From: a virus
DNA length: 36,161 nucleotides
IMG/VR virus record: IMGVR_UViG_3300002448_000161
Direction: 5' to 3' (one strand)
The notes under the pieces: model-generated
What the model saw: only the letters and a program-made list of their open reading frames with translations
What the model was told of the DNA's origin: nothing
Databases searched by the model: none
Made by a program: the position numbers and the translations under genes
Shown here: piece after piece, positions 1 through 9,135 of the stretch
Layout: each line of letters begins with the position of its first letter
Position numbering within the stretch: position 1 is the first letter of the stretch

Positions 1-162
1 CTGCAATTTCAGGGAGAATTGCCCCTTGTGGCAGCCGGTGGCTGATCTCCGGTGGCGGATGAGGGCGTTCTGGAGGTAGCCCATATCCAGCAGTGCCTGG
101 TCCAGCTGTCGGTAGCCGGTTCTGGTGGTGGTCAGCTTGTATTGCAGGCTGGTTGCTGGCAT
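1..162 (-). CDS. tnpB: TnpB, element 0, N-terminal 54 codons (truncated by window edge; not in ORF track)
   Basis: Manual translation from ATG 162: MPATSLQYKLTTTRTGYRQLDQALLDMGYLQNALIRHRRSATGCHKGQFSLKLQ; 32/54 identical to the N-terminus of the TnpB at 9036-10388. Confidence 0.9.
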   Translation of the reverse strand, partial: MPATSLQYKLTTTRTGYRQLDQALLDMGYLQNALIRHRRSATGCHKGQFSLKLQ

Positions 163-253
163 GGGCGCAAGCTCCTGGGTTGACTGTATGTCGGGTACTG
201 TCAGTTGGCAATTAGCTGCTGTCAGTGGGGCTTGAAGAGTAGCGGAATTTTCT
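1..253 (-). mobile_element. TIR-bounded tnpB element 0, upstream end only
   Basis: tnpB start plus AGTAGCGGAATTTTCT at 238-253, identical to the upstream end of element 2 (13604-13619) and at a similar distance from the ATG. Confidence 0.8.
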
Positions 254-280
254 CCTCTTTGCCTCTGGCTTTCCTGATTT

Positions 281-1168
281 TCAGCGCGTGTGCTGCAGGA
301 TCAGCTCGGCGGTGTCGGAGTCCTTCAGGTCCAGGAACAGGGTTGTCGCCGTGGTCTCAGCGTCGCCGTCGTCTCCGGCGTCGTCCTCGGTGAAGTGGAT
401 CATGCCGGGTATGCGGTGAGGCTCAGCCGGCTGGCGGCTTGCCGCGTCGAACTTGATGCTGGCCGTCCCGCCCATGACCTTGATGGTGGCGCCGTCGTTT
501 ATCACGTCGGCCACGTCCTCCTCTCCGCAGCAGGTCTCGATGGCCTCGGTAAGCCGCTGGTGGTCCAGCGCTCCCGCGGGGTCGGGCGCGGTGAAGCGTA
601 CCTTGACCGGTTCGCCCTCTTCCAGGAGTTGGCTGGCCATCAGGCCGTCACATTGGAAGGAGCTCTCGGCGCTCGTCCCGCCGGTTACGTCTTCGTCCTT
701 TGCTGACGCGGCTTGGCCGCCTGCCTGGACGTGGTTCCCCTTTTCCTGCGCGGCCTCGTGGCCGGCGTTGTCCGTGGTGTCGCCCTCCGGTTCCAGGTCC
801 ATTCTGGGTGTCCAGTCCGTGAGGCCCCAGGTGTCGTTGCCAACGGCGTAGAAGCGTTTGTTCTGGTCGCCGGACATGTGACTGCGGATGTTGTGCGGGG
901 GATTCTCTCCGGGGACCAGTATTCCCTCGGCCTCCAGCCGGGTCAGGATGTCCTTGGGGTGCATCGCCCTTCCCTCGGTCTTGAGCACGTTCTCGATGTT
1001 GCTCTTCAGGACGTCGCCGGGGTTGCGGCGCAGCTCGCTGTCCTCGTCGGTGTTGGTGTAGAAGCTTATAACGCCCCGGAAGTGGTTGGCCAGGGAGTTC
1101 AGCCTGGTCAGCTCTCCCTCGATGCGCTGGAGTTGCTGTTTCATCTGCCTGATCGTGCCTGGATTCAT
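281..1168 (-). CDS. Protein with HARE-HTH/RNAP-delta-like winged helix
   Basis: Coiled-coil N-terminus, then IENVLKTEGRAMHPKDILTRLEAEG...NIRSHMS...RFYAVGNDTWGLTDW, a typical HARE-HTH pattern. Confidence 0.65.
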   Translation of the reverse strand: MNPGTIRQMKQQLQRIEGELTRLNSLANHFRGVISFYTNTDEDSELRRNPGDVLKSNIENVLKTEGRAMHPKDILTRLEAEGILVPGENPPHNIRSHMSGDQNKRFYAVGNDTWGLTDWTPRMDLEPEGDTTDNAGHEAAQEKGNHVQAGGQAASAKDEDVTGGTSAESSFQCDGLMASQLLEEGEPVKVRFTAPDPAGALDHQRLTEAIETCCGEEDVADVINDGATIKVMGGTASIKFDAASRQPAEPHRIPGMIHFTEDDAGDDGDAETTATTLFLDLKDSDTAELILQHTR

Positions 1169-1207
1169 TACTCTTGTCCTCCGGCCGCCTTCCTCGCGGC
1201 CGTAATC

Positions 1208-1546
1208 TTAATTTGGGGCCGCGGGGTCCTGGCTCGCGTCGTCTGTTCCGGTCCCGGGCGGCTTCTTCGATGGGTCCTTCTCCCGCAGCGCCGGGATAAT
1301 AATGCGCCACCGGGGCGTCTCCACCAGGCTTTCGGCCAGTATTTCTCCTGCCGACATATCGAAGTAGTGGTCCCGTTCTGCCTTGTCGGTGTCCTGCAGC
1401 AGGTCTGCAACGCACTGCGGACAGATTACCCCGGCCCGGTGGCCGCCGATTTCCTTCCTGGTATTTTCAAGCTGCTGGCGTAGCTCCTCGCCGCCCTTCA
1501 GGCGCCGGTGGCAGCCTGCCGTTTCGCACTTTTTGTAGAACGTCAT
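1208..1546 (-). CDS. Hypothetical Cys-containing protein
   Basis: ATG 1546 (MTFYKKCETAGC...ICPQC); fits the co-directional gene packing. Confidence 0.5.
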   Translation of the reverse strand: MTFYKKCETAGCHRRLKGGEELRQQLENTRKEIGGHRAGVICPQCVADLLQDTDKAERDHYFDMSAGEILAESLVETPRWRIIIPALREKDPSKKPPGTGTDDASQDPAAPN

Positions 1547-1593
1547 TGCCTTTTTGTCCCTTCCCGCCGGTCTGGTCAGGCGGTGCTGGAGCG

Positions 1594-2226
1594 TTAGCTC
1601 GTTGCGGTGTGCGGCACTACCTGCACGGCTCCGCCGTGCCATTTGACCAGCGAGGCCATCGTCGCTGCGCTGTCGCCTCCGCTCGGTGTCTCCTGGTTGT
1701 TGCAGCCGTAGTTGGGCAGGATGATCATCCCCTGCGCTCTCTTTTTGGATCTCTGGCGGAGCATGATCAATGCGGTTCCCCCGTTCAGCCGCCGGTAGGC
1801 GGGGTCGAAGCCCATCCAGCTTTTGTTCTCGGGTACCGTGGTCACGGTCATGGTGAAGTCTTCACCCGTCCTGTCGAGCGTGGCGATGACCAGCTCCTTC
1901 CGGGGGTTGAAACCGTTGCTGCTCTTTGCTGACAACTCGCCCAGGGCCAGGTCGAACAGGGCTGCCGGGGTCATGCTGCCCCAGCTGTCCGATTGCAGGG
2001 TCATCCTCAGGTTTTCGTTCCGTACTCTCTGCCGCAGGTATTCGGCGTCCCGCAGGGCTGTTGGCCCGGCCTCGTCGCTGGCGGAGGCGTTGCCTTGCTT
2101 TCTGGTCCCAGGCGAGTCGTCCATCTGCCGGAGCAGCGTGATCGCTCTTTCGATCCGGTCTGGTTCCGGGACTCCGGGCCATACTGCCATCTCGTTGTCG
2201 TCGGTTATGTATTCCGGCAGTTGCAT
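1594..2226 (-). CDS. Hypothetical protein
   Basis: 210-aa ORF with AAGGAG RBS upstream. Confidence 0.6.
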   Translation of the reverse strand: MQLPEYITDDNEMAVWPGVPEPDRIERAITLLRQMDDSPGTRKQGNASASDEAGPTALRDAEYLRQRVRNENLRMTLQSDSWGSMTPAALFDLALGELSAKSSNGFNPRKELVIATLDRTGEDFTMTVTTVPENKSWMGFDPAYRRLNGGTALIMLRQRSKKRAQGMIILPNYGCNNQETPSGGDSAATMASLVKWHGGAVQVVPHTATS

Positions 2227-2256
2227 TTGCTTTTATGCTCCTTTGTCTCGCGTTCC

Positions 2257-2327
2257 GGGCCCGGCCCGCTCCCCTGGCTTGGCCCTGCTTGGAGGAGGGG
2301 GCTTTTGCCTGGCGGCGGGCCGGGCCC
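2257..2327. repeat. Perfect 13-bp GC-rich inverted repeat with 45-nt spacer
   Basis: GGGCCCGGCCCGC (2257-2269) / GCGGGCCGGGCCC (2315-2327), intergenic, followed by TTTCTTTTG on +. Confidence 0.7.
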
Positions 2328-2337
2328 TTTCTTTTGT

Positions 2338-3039
2338 TCAGTCTGCCAGCGCCGGCCCTTGTTCAGTGGCGTCTGGGCCTCCGTTGTTCGCAATGTAGGT
2401 CCTCAGGATGATCTCCGGCGCTATCCTTAGGGTGAAGTCTTCCAGCGTTTCCTGCTCACCGTCGTCCCTGGTCAACCGCGTGCTGGCTGCCAGCATGATG
2501 GGTCGTCCGAGGGCGGTTATCGTAATTGCGAAGACGGCGTCGTCGTTCTCTCCTTCCTTGGAGCCGCCCGGGCCTGTGCGGTCCGTTCTGGATCTCAGCT
2601 CTCCGGCGTTTTCGCTGTGCACTCTTCTCTGCTGTTCAGCCACGTTCTGGCTGGTGTCAGCCCTGACGCTGATGATCAGGTCCCCGACGGTGCAGTGGGC
2701 GTGGTGATCGTCGATCTGCCAGGCCAGCTTCAGTTGGCCCTCTGTCCGGCGCCGCGCGTCCCGGAACAGGCTGGGCGGTACCCGCAGCGCGAAGGCCTGC
2801 AGCGGCTGCGCCGCCCCGTGTTCTATCTCGTCCATGAGGCAGAAGTTGGTCATGCAGATCTGGCCGTCGATCCACCCGCGGATGATGATTCCCGGGGTAT
2901 CGTCGTCGGGTTTATCCCGGGTGTGGTTCAGGGTACTGGTTGCCGCCTCGGCCGGAATTTCCATGCCGTTGCTGTGGCCGTCCTGTTGAAAGGACGTCTG
3001 GAAGGTGCCCCAGGTCCCCTCGCGGGCCTCCAGTTTCAT
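2338..3039 (-). CDS. Hypothetical protein
   Basis: ORF open to 3126; ATG 3039 has an AGGAAGAGG RBS. Confidence 0.55.
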   Translation of the reverse strand: MKLEAREGTWGTFQTSFQQDGHSNGMEIPAEAATSTLNHTRDKPDDDTPGIIIRGWIDGQICMTNFCLMDEIEHGAAQPLQAFALRVPPSLFRDARRRTEGQLKLAWQIDDHHAHCTVGDLIISVRADTSQNVAEQQRRVHSENAGELRSRTDRTGPGGSKEGENDDAVFAITITALGRPIMLAASTRLTRDDGEQETLEDFTLRIAPEIILRTYIANNGGPDATEQGPALAD

Positions 3040-3178
3040 TTCCTCTTCCTGCCAGGTCAGCCGCCCGGCGCGGGGCGTCCAGCCGTTGATCGATGGTTGG
3101 TCCCGTTCCGGCGTATCCCGATACATTCTTGTGTCGTCCTCGCTTTTTGGTGGCGGGCTGCTCTGCTTGGGCCGCCCG

Positions 3179-3556
3179 TCAGCTGAAGAATTCCAGGGCC
3201 TGCAGCTGGCTTTCCTTTCGGGCGATCTCGCCTTTCAGTCTTTCCTTCTCGCGGTCGCGGGCGTTGCTGGCGGCCTCTGCCGTGCAACCTTCGATGACCT
3301 CGTGTAGCCGGTTTACGGCCGCCTCAATGTCCGGGTAATTGTGGGTCGGGATTTCCTTCAGCTTGACGTTCTCCCGGCTGCGATCCAAGACGGAGAAGGC
3401 CATCAGCTGCCACTGGCTCTGCTCGGCTGTCACCACGGGTGTCATCGCTGTCTTGAACCGGATGTAATCGTTTACGCAGCTCGCCGTGATGTCCTCCTCG
3501 CTTGCCGGGTTGTAGCTGAGTCTCAGTCCGTTTTTGTAAGTCTTTGTTTTTTGCAA
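3179..3556 (-). CDS. Hypothetical protein, C-terminal coiled coil
   Basis: 125-aa ORF with a charged helical tail. Confidence 0.55.
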   Translation of the reverse strand: MQKTKTYKNGLRLSYNPASEEDITASCVNDYIRFKTAMTPVVTAEQSQWQLMAFSVLDRSRENVKLKEIPTHNYPDIEAAVNRLHEVIEGCTAEAASNARDREKERLKGEIARKESQLQALEFFS

Positions 3557-3626
3557 GGCGGTCCGTCCCCTGTCGTTTATTGGTTAGCTTAGCGTTGCAG
3601 CCTTCTGCGGCAATTCAGGCGGGGGG

Positions 3627-4229
3627 CTACTGGACGCAGCTTCGGCCGTTTATGGTAAAGCCGTCGATTTTCACGCCGGTTAGCAGTCGGGTGGCTGCTT
3701 TCTCGGGCTCGCCGGTCTCGTCCAGGTGGTTTTTCAGCGCGGTCAGCAGGCGGCCGAGGACGTTTGTGCCGCTGTAGCCGCCTGGCACTGGCCTGGCGCC
3801 CCAGAAGGGGTCCCGGTGCGAGTTCTCGACGATGTCCCGGTGTACTGTTTCCCGCAGCGCTCGCTCGAACTTGGCTGGGTGCTGCATCAGCTTGATTGCC
3901 AGGGTCAGCGCCATGGCCTGGATCCTCAGCTGGTCCCAGCCGGCCATGGGCTGTACCGGCTGGTCGTAGGCGGCCCGCTTGGCTTCCATGCCGGATCTGG
4001 CCGCTGCGATGCTTCGCTGGATCTCCGGGTGGTCGGGGAATTTCATTGCCTGGTACAGGCCCTCCGGCCCCTGGAAGGTTAGCCCGTTCACCTTGAGCGG
4101 GTATCCCCAGGTCATGTTGGAGAGCTGGCCGTAGGCGTCCTTGGAGCGCCGGAAGGCGGCTGATCCGGTTAACTGGTAGTTCCTGTGGGCCAGGTCCGAT
4201 TCTATGTCTGCGACAGTTTCTATCTTCAT
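3627..4229 (-). CDS. NADAR (YbiA-like) family protein
   Basis: Motifs LSNM..YPL, EGLYQAMKF, WDQLRIQAM, IVENSHRDPFWGA, GTNVLGRLL; AAGGAGG RBS. Confidence 0.9.
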   Translation of the reverse strand: MKIETVADIESDLAHRNYQLTGSAAFRRSKDAYGQLSNMTWGYPLKVNGLTFQGPEGLYQAMKFPDHPEIQRSIAAARSGMEAKRAAYDQPVQPMAGWDQLRIQAMALTLAIKLMQHPAKFERALRETVHRDIVENSHRDPFWGARPVPGGYSGTNVLGRLLTALKNHLDETGEPEKAATRLLTGVKIDGFTINGRSCVQ

Positions 4230-4300
4230 CTTTGGTCCTCCTTCGGTGTCTTTGTTTTTGGTCGACTCCGAAGGGCGTGGGGCCTGGCGCCAGCCGGCCC

Positions 4301-4732
4301 TTATCCTTCCTCGTTGGCGGCTCTGGACTTTTCTTCCTTCAGCCTGCGCCGGTGGTCTTCGAACATACGGCTGATCGTTTTGTCCCTCTCGATGTCGGCC
4401 TTCATCTCCTTGGCCGTCAGGCCCCGGATGGTTGCTGGCAGCGCCTGGTAACCGTCTCCTGTCGGGATGTGGATCAGCCGTATTGGTTTGAAGCTGGCTA
4501 CGTAGTAACGCGCGTAATTGTCGGCTGCAGGGGTTTTCCAGACCCGGTCGGGGTCGAGCCGGTTGAACGATTCCTCTTCTTTCGTGTTATGTTCCCGCCA
4601 GCTGGCGCATTGGAGACTTTCCTGGTCCTGGGCCATTGTGCCGTCGGCGTCGATTTCGACGCATGTGAGCGGGTTGTTTCGGTCCGCGTTGCTCCAGTGG
4701 CCCGGTGGGTAGCCGGTTATGAGTTTTGGCAT
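4301..4732 (-). CDS. Hypothetical protein
   Basis: 143-aa ORF with GGAGGAAGG RBS. Confidence 0.6.
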   Translation of the reverse strand: MPKLITGYPPGHWSNADRNNPLTCVEIDADGTMAQDQESLQCASWREHNTKEEESFNRLDPDRVWKTPAADNYARYYVASFKPIRLIHIPTGDGYQALPATIRGLTAKEMKADIERDKTISRMFEDHRRRLKEEKSRAANEEG

Positions 4733-4763
4733 TGGGGTTTCCTTCCTCCAGGTCTGGTGTCAG

Positions 4764-5345
4764 TCAGGCCGGTTCTTCGCTCAGGGCCCCCACCCACAGC
4801 AGGATGGTGGTCCTGACCTCGCCGTGGGCCTGAGCGGCCAGTTGCAGTCCGGTGGGGCCTGGCCGCTCCACCGCCGCGCGGTGCGCCAGCGCCGCCTCCG
4901 CCGTCCTCAGCATGAGCACCGCGGACCAGTCCATCAGTCCCTTCTGTGTAGCGGATTCGTCAAGAGTCAGGGTATGCGGCATGGGCTGGTGGGTGCTCCG
5001 GTACTGGCTGCTGGTGTATCCAAAGTGGTGTTCGACACTTTCGGCGTTGAGGTATACCAGCGCCAGCGCGTTGAGGAGCTTGTTGCGGCAGCTCCTGGCC
5101 TTTGGGCCGCCTCGTCGTACATCGCCGGCCTGTTCGGCGGCGCTGCTTGCCTCTGCGGCGCACCGGACGTTGTCGAAGGCTGTGTATATCCCCGGGCTTT
5201 TGTCCCTGATCCTCCGGCCGGACCTCAGGGCCTTCTGCCAGTCCTCGTTGTCGTCGGCCTGGGTGATGGCCTGAATCCTCTGTTCCAAGTGCTGTTCCTC
5301 CTCTGATTCACCTGCCTGGAGGCCGTGGCCGGCTTTCTTTGCCAC
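4764..5345 (-). CDS. Hypothetical protein
   Basis: 193-aa ORF in the co-directional array. Confidence 0.5.
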   Translation of the reverse strand: MAKKAGHGLQAGESEEEQHLEQRIQAITQADDNEDWQKALRSGRRIRDKSPGIYTAFDNVRCAAEASSAAEQAGDVRRGGPKARSCRNKLLNALALVYLNAESVEHHFGYTSSQYRSTHQPMPHTLTLDESATQKGLMDWSAVLMLRTAEAALAHRAAVERPGPTGLQLAAQAHGEVRTTILLWVGALSEEPA

Positions 5346-5402
5346 GGCCCGTGGGCGGCTTCGGGTTGTTCGTTTGCCTCGCTGTTCGAGTCCGTCAATT
5401 TT

Positions 5403-5654
5403 CTATTCTCCTTGGTCTTCAGATTTCTCTTCGATCAGTTCCACGCAGTAGGGCGGGACCTTGTCGATGCGCGCTTTGATGTGGCAGGTGGCGCACCCCT
5501 CGGTTATGAGGGAGTAACCCTGGCGCTTGTTCTCAATGCGGCATATCGTGCCGGCGGGTATTTCGTACAGGCCAGTCCTCACTTTCTGCAGGAGTCTCAC
5601 CCGGCGGCCGACGACGTCTTTTTTGCTGAGCTTGCGGTACTCCGTGTAGTTCAT
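5403..5654 (-). CDS. Small beta-rich protein with CxxC; paralogue of the repeats in 11528-12037
   Basis: VGRRVR..EIPAGTICRIENKRQGYSLITEGCATC..IDKVP. Confidence 0.65.
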   Translation of the reverse strand: MNYTEYRKLSKKDVVGRRVRLLQKVRTGLYEIPAGTICRIENKRQGYSLITEGCATCHIKARIDKVPPYCVELIEEKSEDQGE

Positions 5655-5676
5655 GGCGGCGCCTCTCGTTTCTGCT

Positions 5677-5955
5677 CTACCTTCTCTGTTCCGCGAGGGC
5701 CATTGCGTCGGCTCTCATCCGGGTGTGGTCGATGGTCAGGGTGAACGGGCTTTCCAGCTCCTGCTGTCCCAGCTGCCGGCGCTCGAGGCTGCTGCCGACG
5801 GTGAGGTGCCTCTGGCTGCCGTCGGGCGCGGTGCAGCTGAGGGTCAGGCAGGTCAGTTCCACGTTGGTGTAGCCTCTTTCCTCCATCGCCTGGTGCAATG
5901 CCGCCGCGCTGCTGCTGGTCGCGTCCGCGTTGATTGTTATCTTTTCGACTGCCAT
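5677..5955 (-). CDS. Hypothetical protein
   Basis: ATG 5955 with AGGAGG RBS. Confidence 0.55.
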   Translation of the reverse strand: MAVEKITINADATSSSAAALHQAMEERGYTNVELTCLTLSCTAPDGSQRHLTVGSSLERRQLGQQELESPFTLTIDHTRMRADAMALAEQRR

Positions 5956-5968
5956 CTGCGGCCTCCTG

Positions 5969-6511
5969 TTAGTCGGTCTCAGTTTCCCGTTCGGTGCACC
6001 CGGCAGTGACGGCCTGGTGCCAGTTCTCCGCGTCCCGCTTGAGGCTTTCCAGGCGGCTGGCCGCCTTTCTCCGGCCGCCCGTGTCGTTTCGGCCGTGGGC
6101 CACGTCCATTTCCAGGTCGTGGAGCGCATCCACCGCGTGAACCACGTGGTTGTTGAGGTTCATCATGCGCTGTACGGCCTCTCCGTAGGTCGCGCATCTG
6201 CCCGGCCCAGGCATTCCGTCGCTGTCCGTCTTCGGGGCTTCCGCCGGGCCTCCCAGCTCGGTGGTCAGGTCGTTGGCCTGGTTGTAGAGCCGGGCCAGCG
6301 CTTTCAGGTATTGGCCGTGGCTGGCTCCCGAGCTATCCAGCTGTTTTCCCTCCCAGGCTATGTTGCGGGCTATCATGGCCGCGAACCGGTTCAGCGCTTC
6401 GGGCCCCTGGGGCGCGTCCCTTCGCGTCTCGGGCGTTCTTCTGGCCTCGGCGAGCATGGCCTCCAGCGGGGGCGGCGTGTATTCTTCCTGGTCCCGTCGC
6501 TGTTCGTACAC
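5969..6511 (-). CDS. Hypothetical protein
   Basis: 180-aa helical ORF, AAGGAGG RBS. Confidence 0.6.
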   Translation of the reverse strand: MYEQRRDQEEYTPPPLEAMLAEARRTPETRRDAPQGPEALNRFAAMIARNIAWEGKQLDSSGASHGQYLKALARLYNQANDLTTELGGPAEAPKTDSDGMPGPGRCATYGEAVQRMMNLNNHVVHAVDALHDLEMDVAHGRNDTGGRRKAASRLESLKRDAENWHQAVTAGCTERETETD

Positions 6512-6578
6512 GGCATTTCCTCCTTTGGTGTCGCCTTGGTCCCGCAGGGTTTCGGGCCCGGTTACTGCTGGCTTACCG

Positions 6579-7223
6579 TTAGAGCTCGTACCACAGCCCG
6601 TTTCTTGAGCTGGCGAGTATGGATCCGTCGGGCATTGTCCAGCTGGGTTGCTGTCCGTCGGTGTTCCGTTTTCCCGCGTTGTCCAGGTAGTTGTCGGTTA
6701 CTTCGAACCGGGCCGGGTCTACGCCGCTGTGGAAGGCGGCCAGCGCTTCATGCAGCCTTTCGGCCTGTGTGTTGCGGACCGCGTCCGTGGCTTCGTAGGC
6801 TTCCTGTATCACCTTCAGGATCGTTGCCCGCCCGCACTCGGTCCGGTAATGCCGGCAGTGGTTGCAGCCGTCGTTCAGGCAGCTGAGGTCAAATTCACAG
6901 ATGATTTCCCATGCTGTGAAGCTCTCCTGGCACTCCGGGCAGGGCAGGCGGAAGCAGTGGCAGTTCAGCACGCTGCGTTCTCCCTCGCAGGTGCAGTCGT
7001 CACTTTTCGGTATCGTCCAGGAGTTGTCGAGCAGATTAACCCAGACTTTCTTGTCCTGGCTGTTGAATTCCAGGCCGTCGAACCGGTAGATGGCGACGCT
7101 TATTCCCTCATGGTTGGTTACGCTGGAGGCGTTAGCTTCCAGCTCTTTCACCTGCGCTTCGCTCAGGGTGATCCGGTCGTCCAGGAAGTCATAGGGGTGA
7201 CTCTTCGTTGTCTTCGTTGTCAT
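6579..7223 (-). CDS. Hypothetical Cys-rich protein
   Basis: Several CxC and CxxC motifs; AAGGAG RBS. Confidence 0.6.
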   Translation of the reverse strand: MTTKTTKSHPYDFLDDRITLSEAQVKELEANASSVTNHEGISVAIYRFDGLEFNSQDKKVWVNLLDNSWTIPKSDDCTCEGERSVLNCHCFRLPCPECQESFTAWEIICEFDLSCLNDGCNHCRHYRTECGRATILKVIQEAYEATDAVRNTQAERLHEALAAFHSGVDPARFEVTDNYLDNAGKRNTDGQQPSWTMPDGSILASSRNGLWYEL

Positions 7224-7241
7224 CGTTGGGGTTAGTTCTCC

Positions 7242-7586
7242 TTACTGCGAGTCGCGTTTGACCGTGCATTGGGCCCGGGTCCGGCCGTCCAGGGTGTTGT
7301 GCAGCCCGAGGGCATCCTTTATCGTTGCCCGGCAGGCGGTGCCGTCCTTGCTGTGGACGGTGACCGTCTCTCCGGGCTGCGGCAGCGGCCGGTTCCAATC
7401 CCAGTAGGCCTGGATCTTGTTGATCCCTTCGGCCCGGTTCCAGGTCCAGTAACCTGGGGCCAGCTCCGGGCCTCCGCCTTTATGTTCGCAGTCGCCGCAG
7501 ATTGTTTCGTCGGGCCGCGCCCGGAAGGTCCTTTGGCAGAGGGCGGATGCTTCACGCTGGCTGCGTCGGGTGTATTCCTGGTTCAT
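7242..7586 (-). CDS. Hypothetical protein
   Basis: ATG 7586 overlaps the rnhA stop (ATGA coupling). Confidence 0.55.
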   Translation of the reverse strand: MNQEYTRRSQREASALCQRTFRARPDETICGDCEHKGGGPELAPGYWTWNRAEGINKIQAYWDWNRPLPQPGETVTVHSKDGTACRATIKDALGLHNTLDGRTRAQCTVKRDSQ

Positions 7587-8278
7587 GGCCGGATTTCGTT
7601 TCGGAGCATGGCCAGCCGCCTCTTGAAGTCCGGGAAGTCGCTGGCGTTCTCGGCCTCGTCGAGTATGGCGCTGAACAGCGCCTCGGCGCTTATACCCGGG
7701 CTGGCGGCCGGTTCCTGAACTTCCTGCCGGCTGGACGGCCTGTTGTCGCCTTCCTCGGTCAGTCCGCTGGGGTCTTCGACCATGCTGCGGGGGTTTCCCA
7801 CGCTGAGCCAGTAGTCGCTGCAGGTCCTGGCGAACTGGGACTCCCGCACGGCCAGGCGGTCGGCCTCCTCGTTGAGCGGATTCCCGTCGTGGCCTCTGAC
7901 CCAGGTGAAGCTGGCGTCCACCTTTTTGGTGACTTCGAGCAACGCCTCCCACAGGTCGCGGTTGAGCACTTCCTTTTTCTGGGCGGTCTTCCACCCGTTC
8001 CGCTGCCAGCCGGCCAGCCAGCCGTCGTTGAAGGCTTTGGTGAGATATTGGGAATCGCTGTAGACCTCCACCCTGGGCCGGTTCTCGCCTTCGATGTCCG
8101 CGATGACCTTCAGGCCTTCAAGCACTGCGGCCAGCTCCATCCGGTTGTTCGTTGTCTTCGGGTCGCCGCCGGTGGCGTAGATCCGGTCGCGGCCGTCTCT
8201 TATGATGATTCCCGCGAACCCGCCCGGTCCCGGGTTTCCCTTACAGGCTCCGTCGGTGTGTAGTTCGTAGGTTGCCAT
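7583..8278 (-). CDS. rnhA: Ribonuclease HI with C-terminal extension
   Basis: TDGACKGNPGPGG, TTNNRMEL, YSDSQY, WQRNGWKT, WVRGHDGNPLNEEADRLA; all catalytic acidic residues present. Confidence 0.95.
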   Translation of the reverse strand: MATYELHTDGACKGNPGPGGFAGIIIRDGRDRIYATGGDPKTTNNRMELAAVLEGLKVIADIEGENRPRVEVYSDSQYLTKAFNDGWLAGWQRNGWKTAQKKEVLNRDLWEALLEVTKKVDASFTWVRGHDGNPLNEEADRLAVRESQFARTCSDYWLSVGNPRSMVEDPSGLTEEGDNRPSSRQEVQEPAASPGISAEALFSAILDEAENASDFPDFKRRLAMLRNEIRP

Positions 8279-8453
8279 GTCGTTACCTCTCATGTGGCGC
8301 CGCCGGCGCCCTTGATTGAAGATCAGCGGGGGGCTTGTGTCCCCCTGCTTTTGTCGCTCTTCTCCAATCCGTCCGGCGCACTCTGGGCGCCGGATAATAT
8401 TGTTCTCTATACCCTCGGGCAAGCCTGCTCTGTGGCTCTGGGTCTCCGGCTTT

Positions 8454-8776
8454 CTATCCGGCCGGAGCCGTTAATTCCGGGCTGCAGTGCAGCTCGAAGT
8501 ATCTCTGCCAGCCGCCGCTGGGCTGGTAGGCCGGTTCCAGGTCAAGGCCCGTTTCTATCTCCCTGCGCAGCAGCTCGATGGTCAGCGTGCTGGGGCCCGC
8601 GCAGTCGGCGCCCCGATTGCGGTGGGCTTCGCACATGGGGCAAACGCACTCGCAGCCCGCCGGGTCATGCCCCCTCTGCAGGCCATCAGCTCTTGGATTC
8701 TCTTCAGCGCCGCGTGGTAGCCCTGACGGAAGCTTCCCTCGTCCTCGGCGTTGCTTGTGTTGTAGGGGTTGGGCAC
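8454..8776 (-). pseudogene. Small Cys-rich gene split by a frameshift in a G5 run (~8672)
   Basis: ORFs 8582-8776 and 8454-8636 join as ...ACRGG-HDPAGCECVCPMCEAH if one G is added; could be a sequencing error. Confidence 0.5.
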
Positions 8777-8958
8777 TTTTGCTGCTCCTCTGCCCGCTCT
8801 GGCGGCCGGCTATTCATTGTGGTTGTGAGACCTTGCTCCGCGCCAGTGGCACGTGGCATAGCGCCCTGGGGCGCGTCAGTCCTGGCTGCCTTCCTGGCGC
8901 CGGCTCCCGGCGCCGGCTTTTTCCAGAACTCCTCGTATTTTGCCCTTCTTCTGAAGAT
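8704..8958 (-). pseudogene. 3' part of the HTH gene interrupted by element 1
   Basis: Reads IFRRRAKYEEFWKK..., in frame with 10483-10735 once the element and one repeat are removed. Confidence 0.75.
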
Positions 8959-9135
8959 TAGAAAATTGCGAAACTCTCTGCTTTTGGCTGGGGCCTCTTG
9001 CCTGAGGGTTTTTGCGGTCCTGCGTGCAGCGCCGGTCACGGTCTGGAAGCTAACGCTTCCAGCCCTGCCTTATGCGCTTGCTTCCCCGTGGGGCTTCCGG
9101 CGGCACGTCCAGGCCGTCCCGAGGGACGGTTTTCT
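8959..9135 (-). ncRNA. Putative omega-RNA scaffold of element 1 (boundaries approximate)
   Basis: Conserved with elements 2 and 3; overlaps the tnpB 3' end; hairpins at 9043-9062 and 9114-9129. Confidence 0.6.

Noticed and set aside
5388-5405. GAGTCCGTCAATTTTCTA, 14/18 match to the element IR
   Set aside because: No partner IR, duplication or tnpB remnant nearby; overlaps a stop codon; likely chance
8704-9039. ORFs MTGAARRTAK.. (8704-9039) and MTGAARRTAN.. (19738-20160) as a conserved accessory gene
   Set aside because: Similarity stops exactly at the IR; they are read-throughs of the conserved RNA/end region and are absent from element 2
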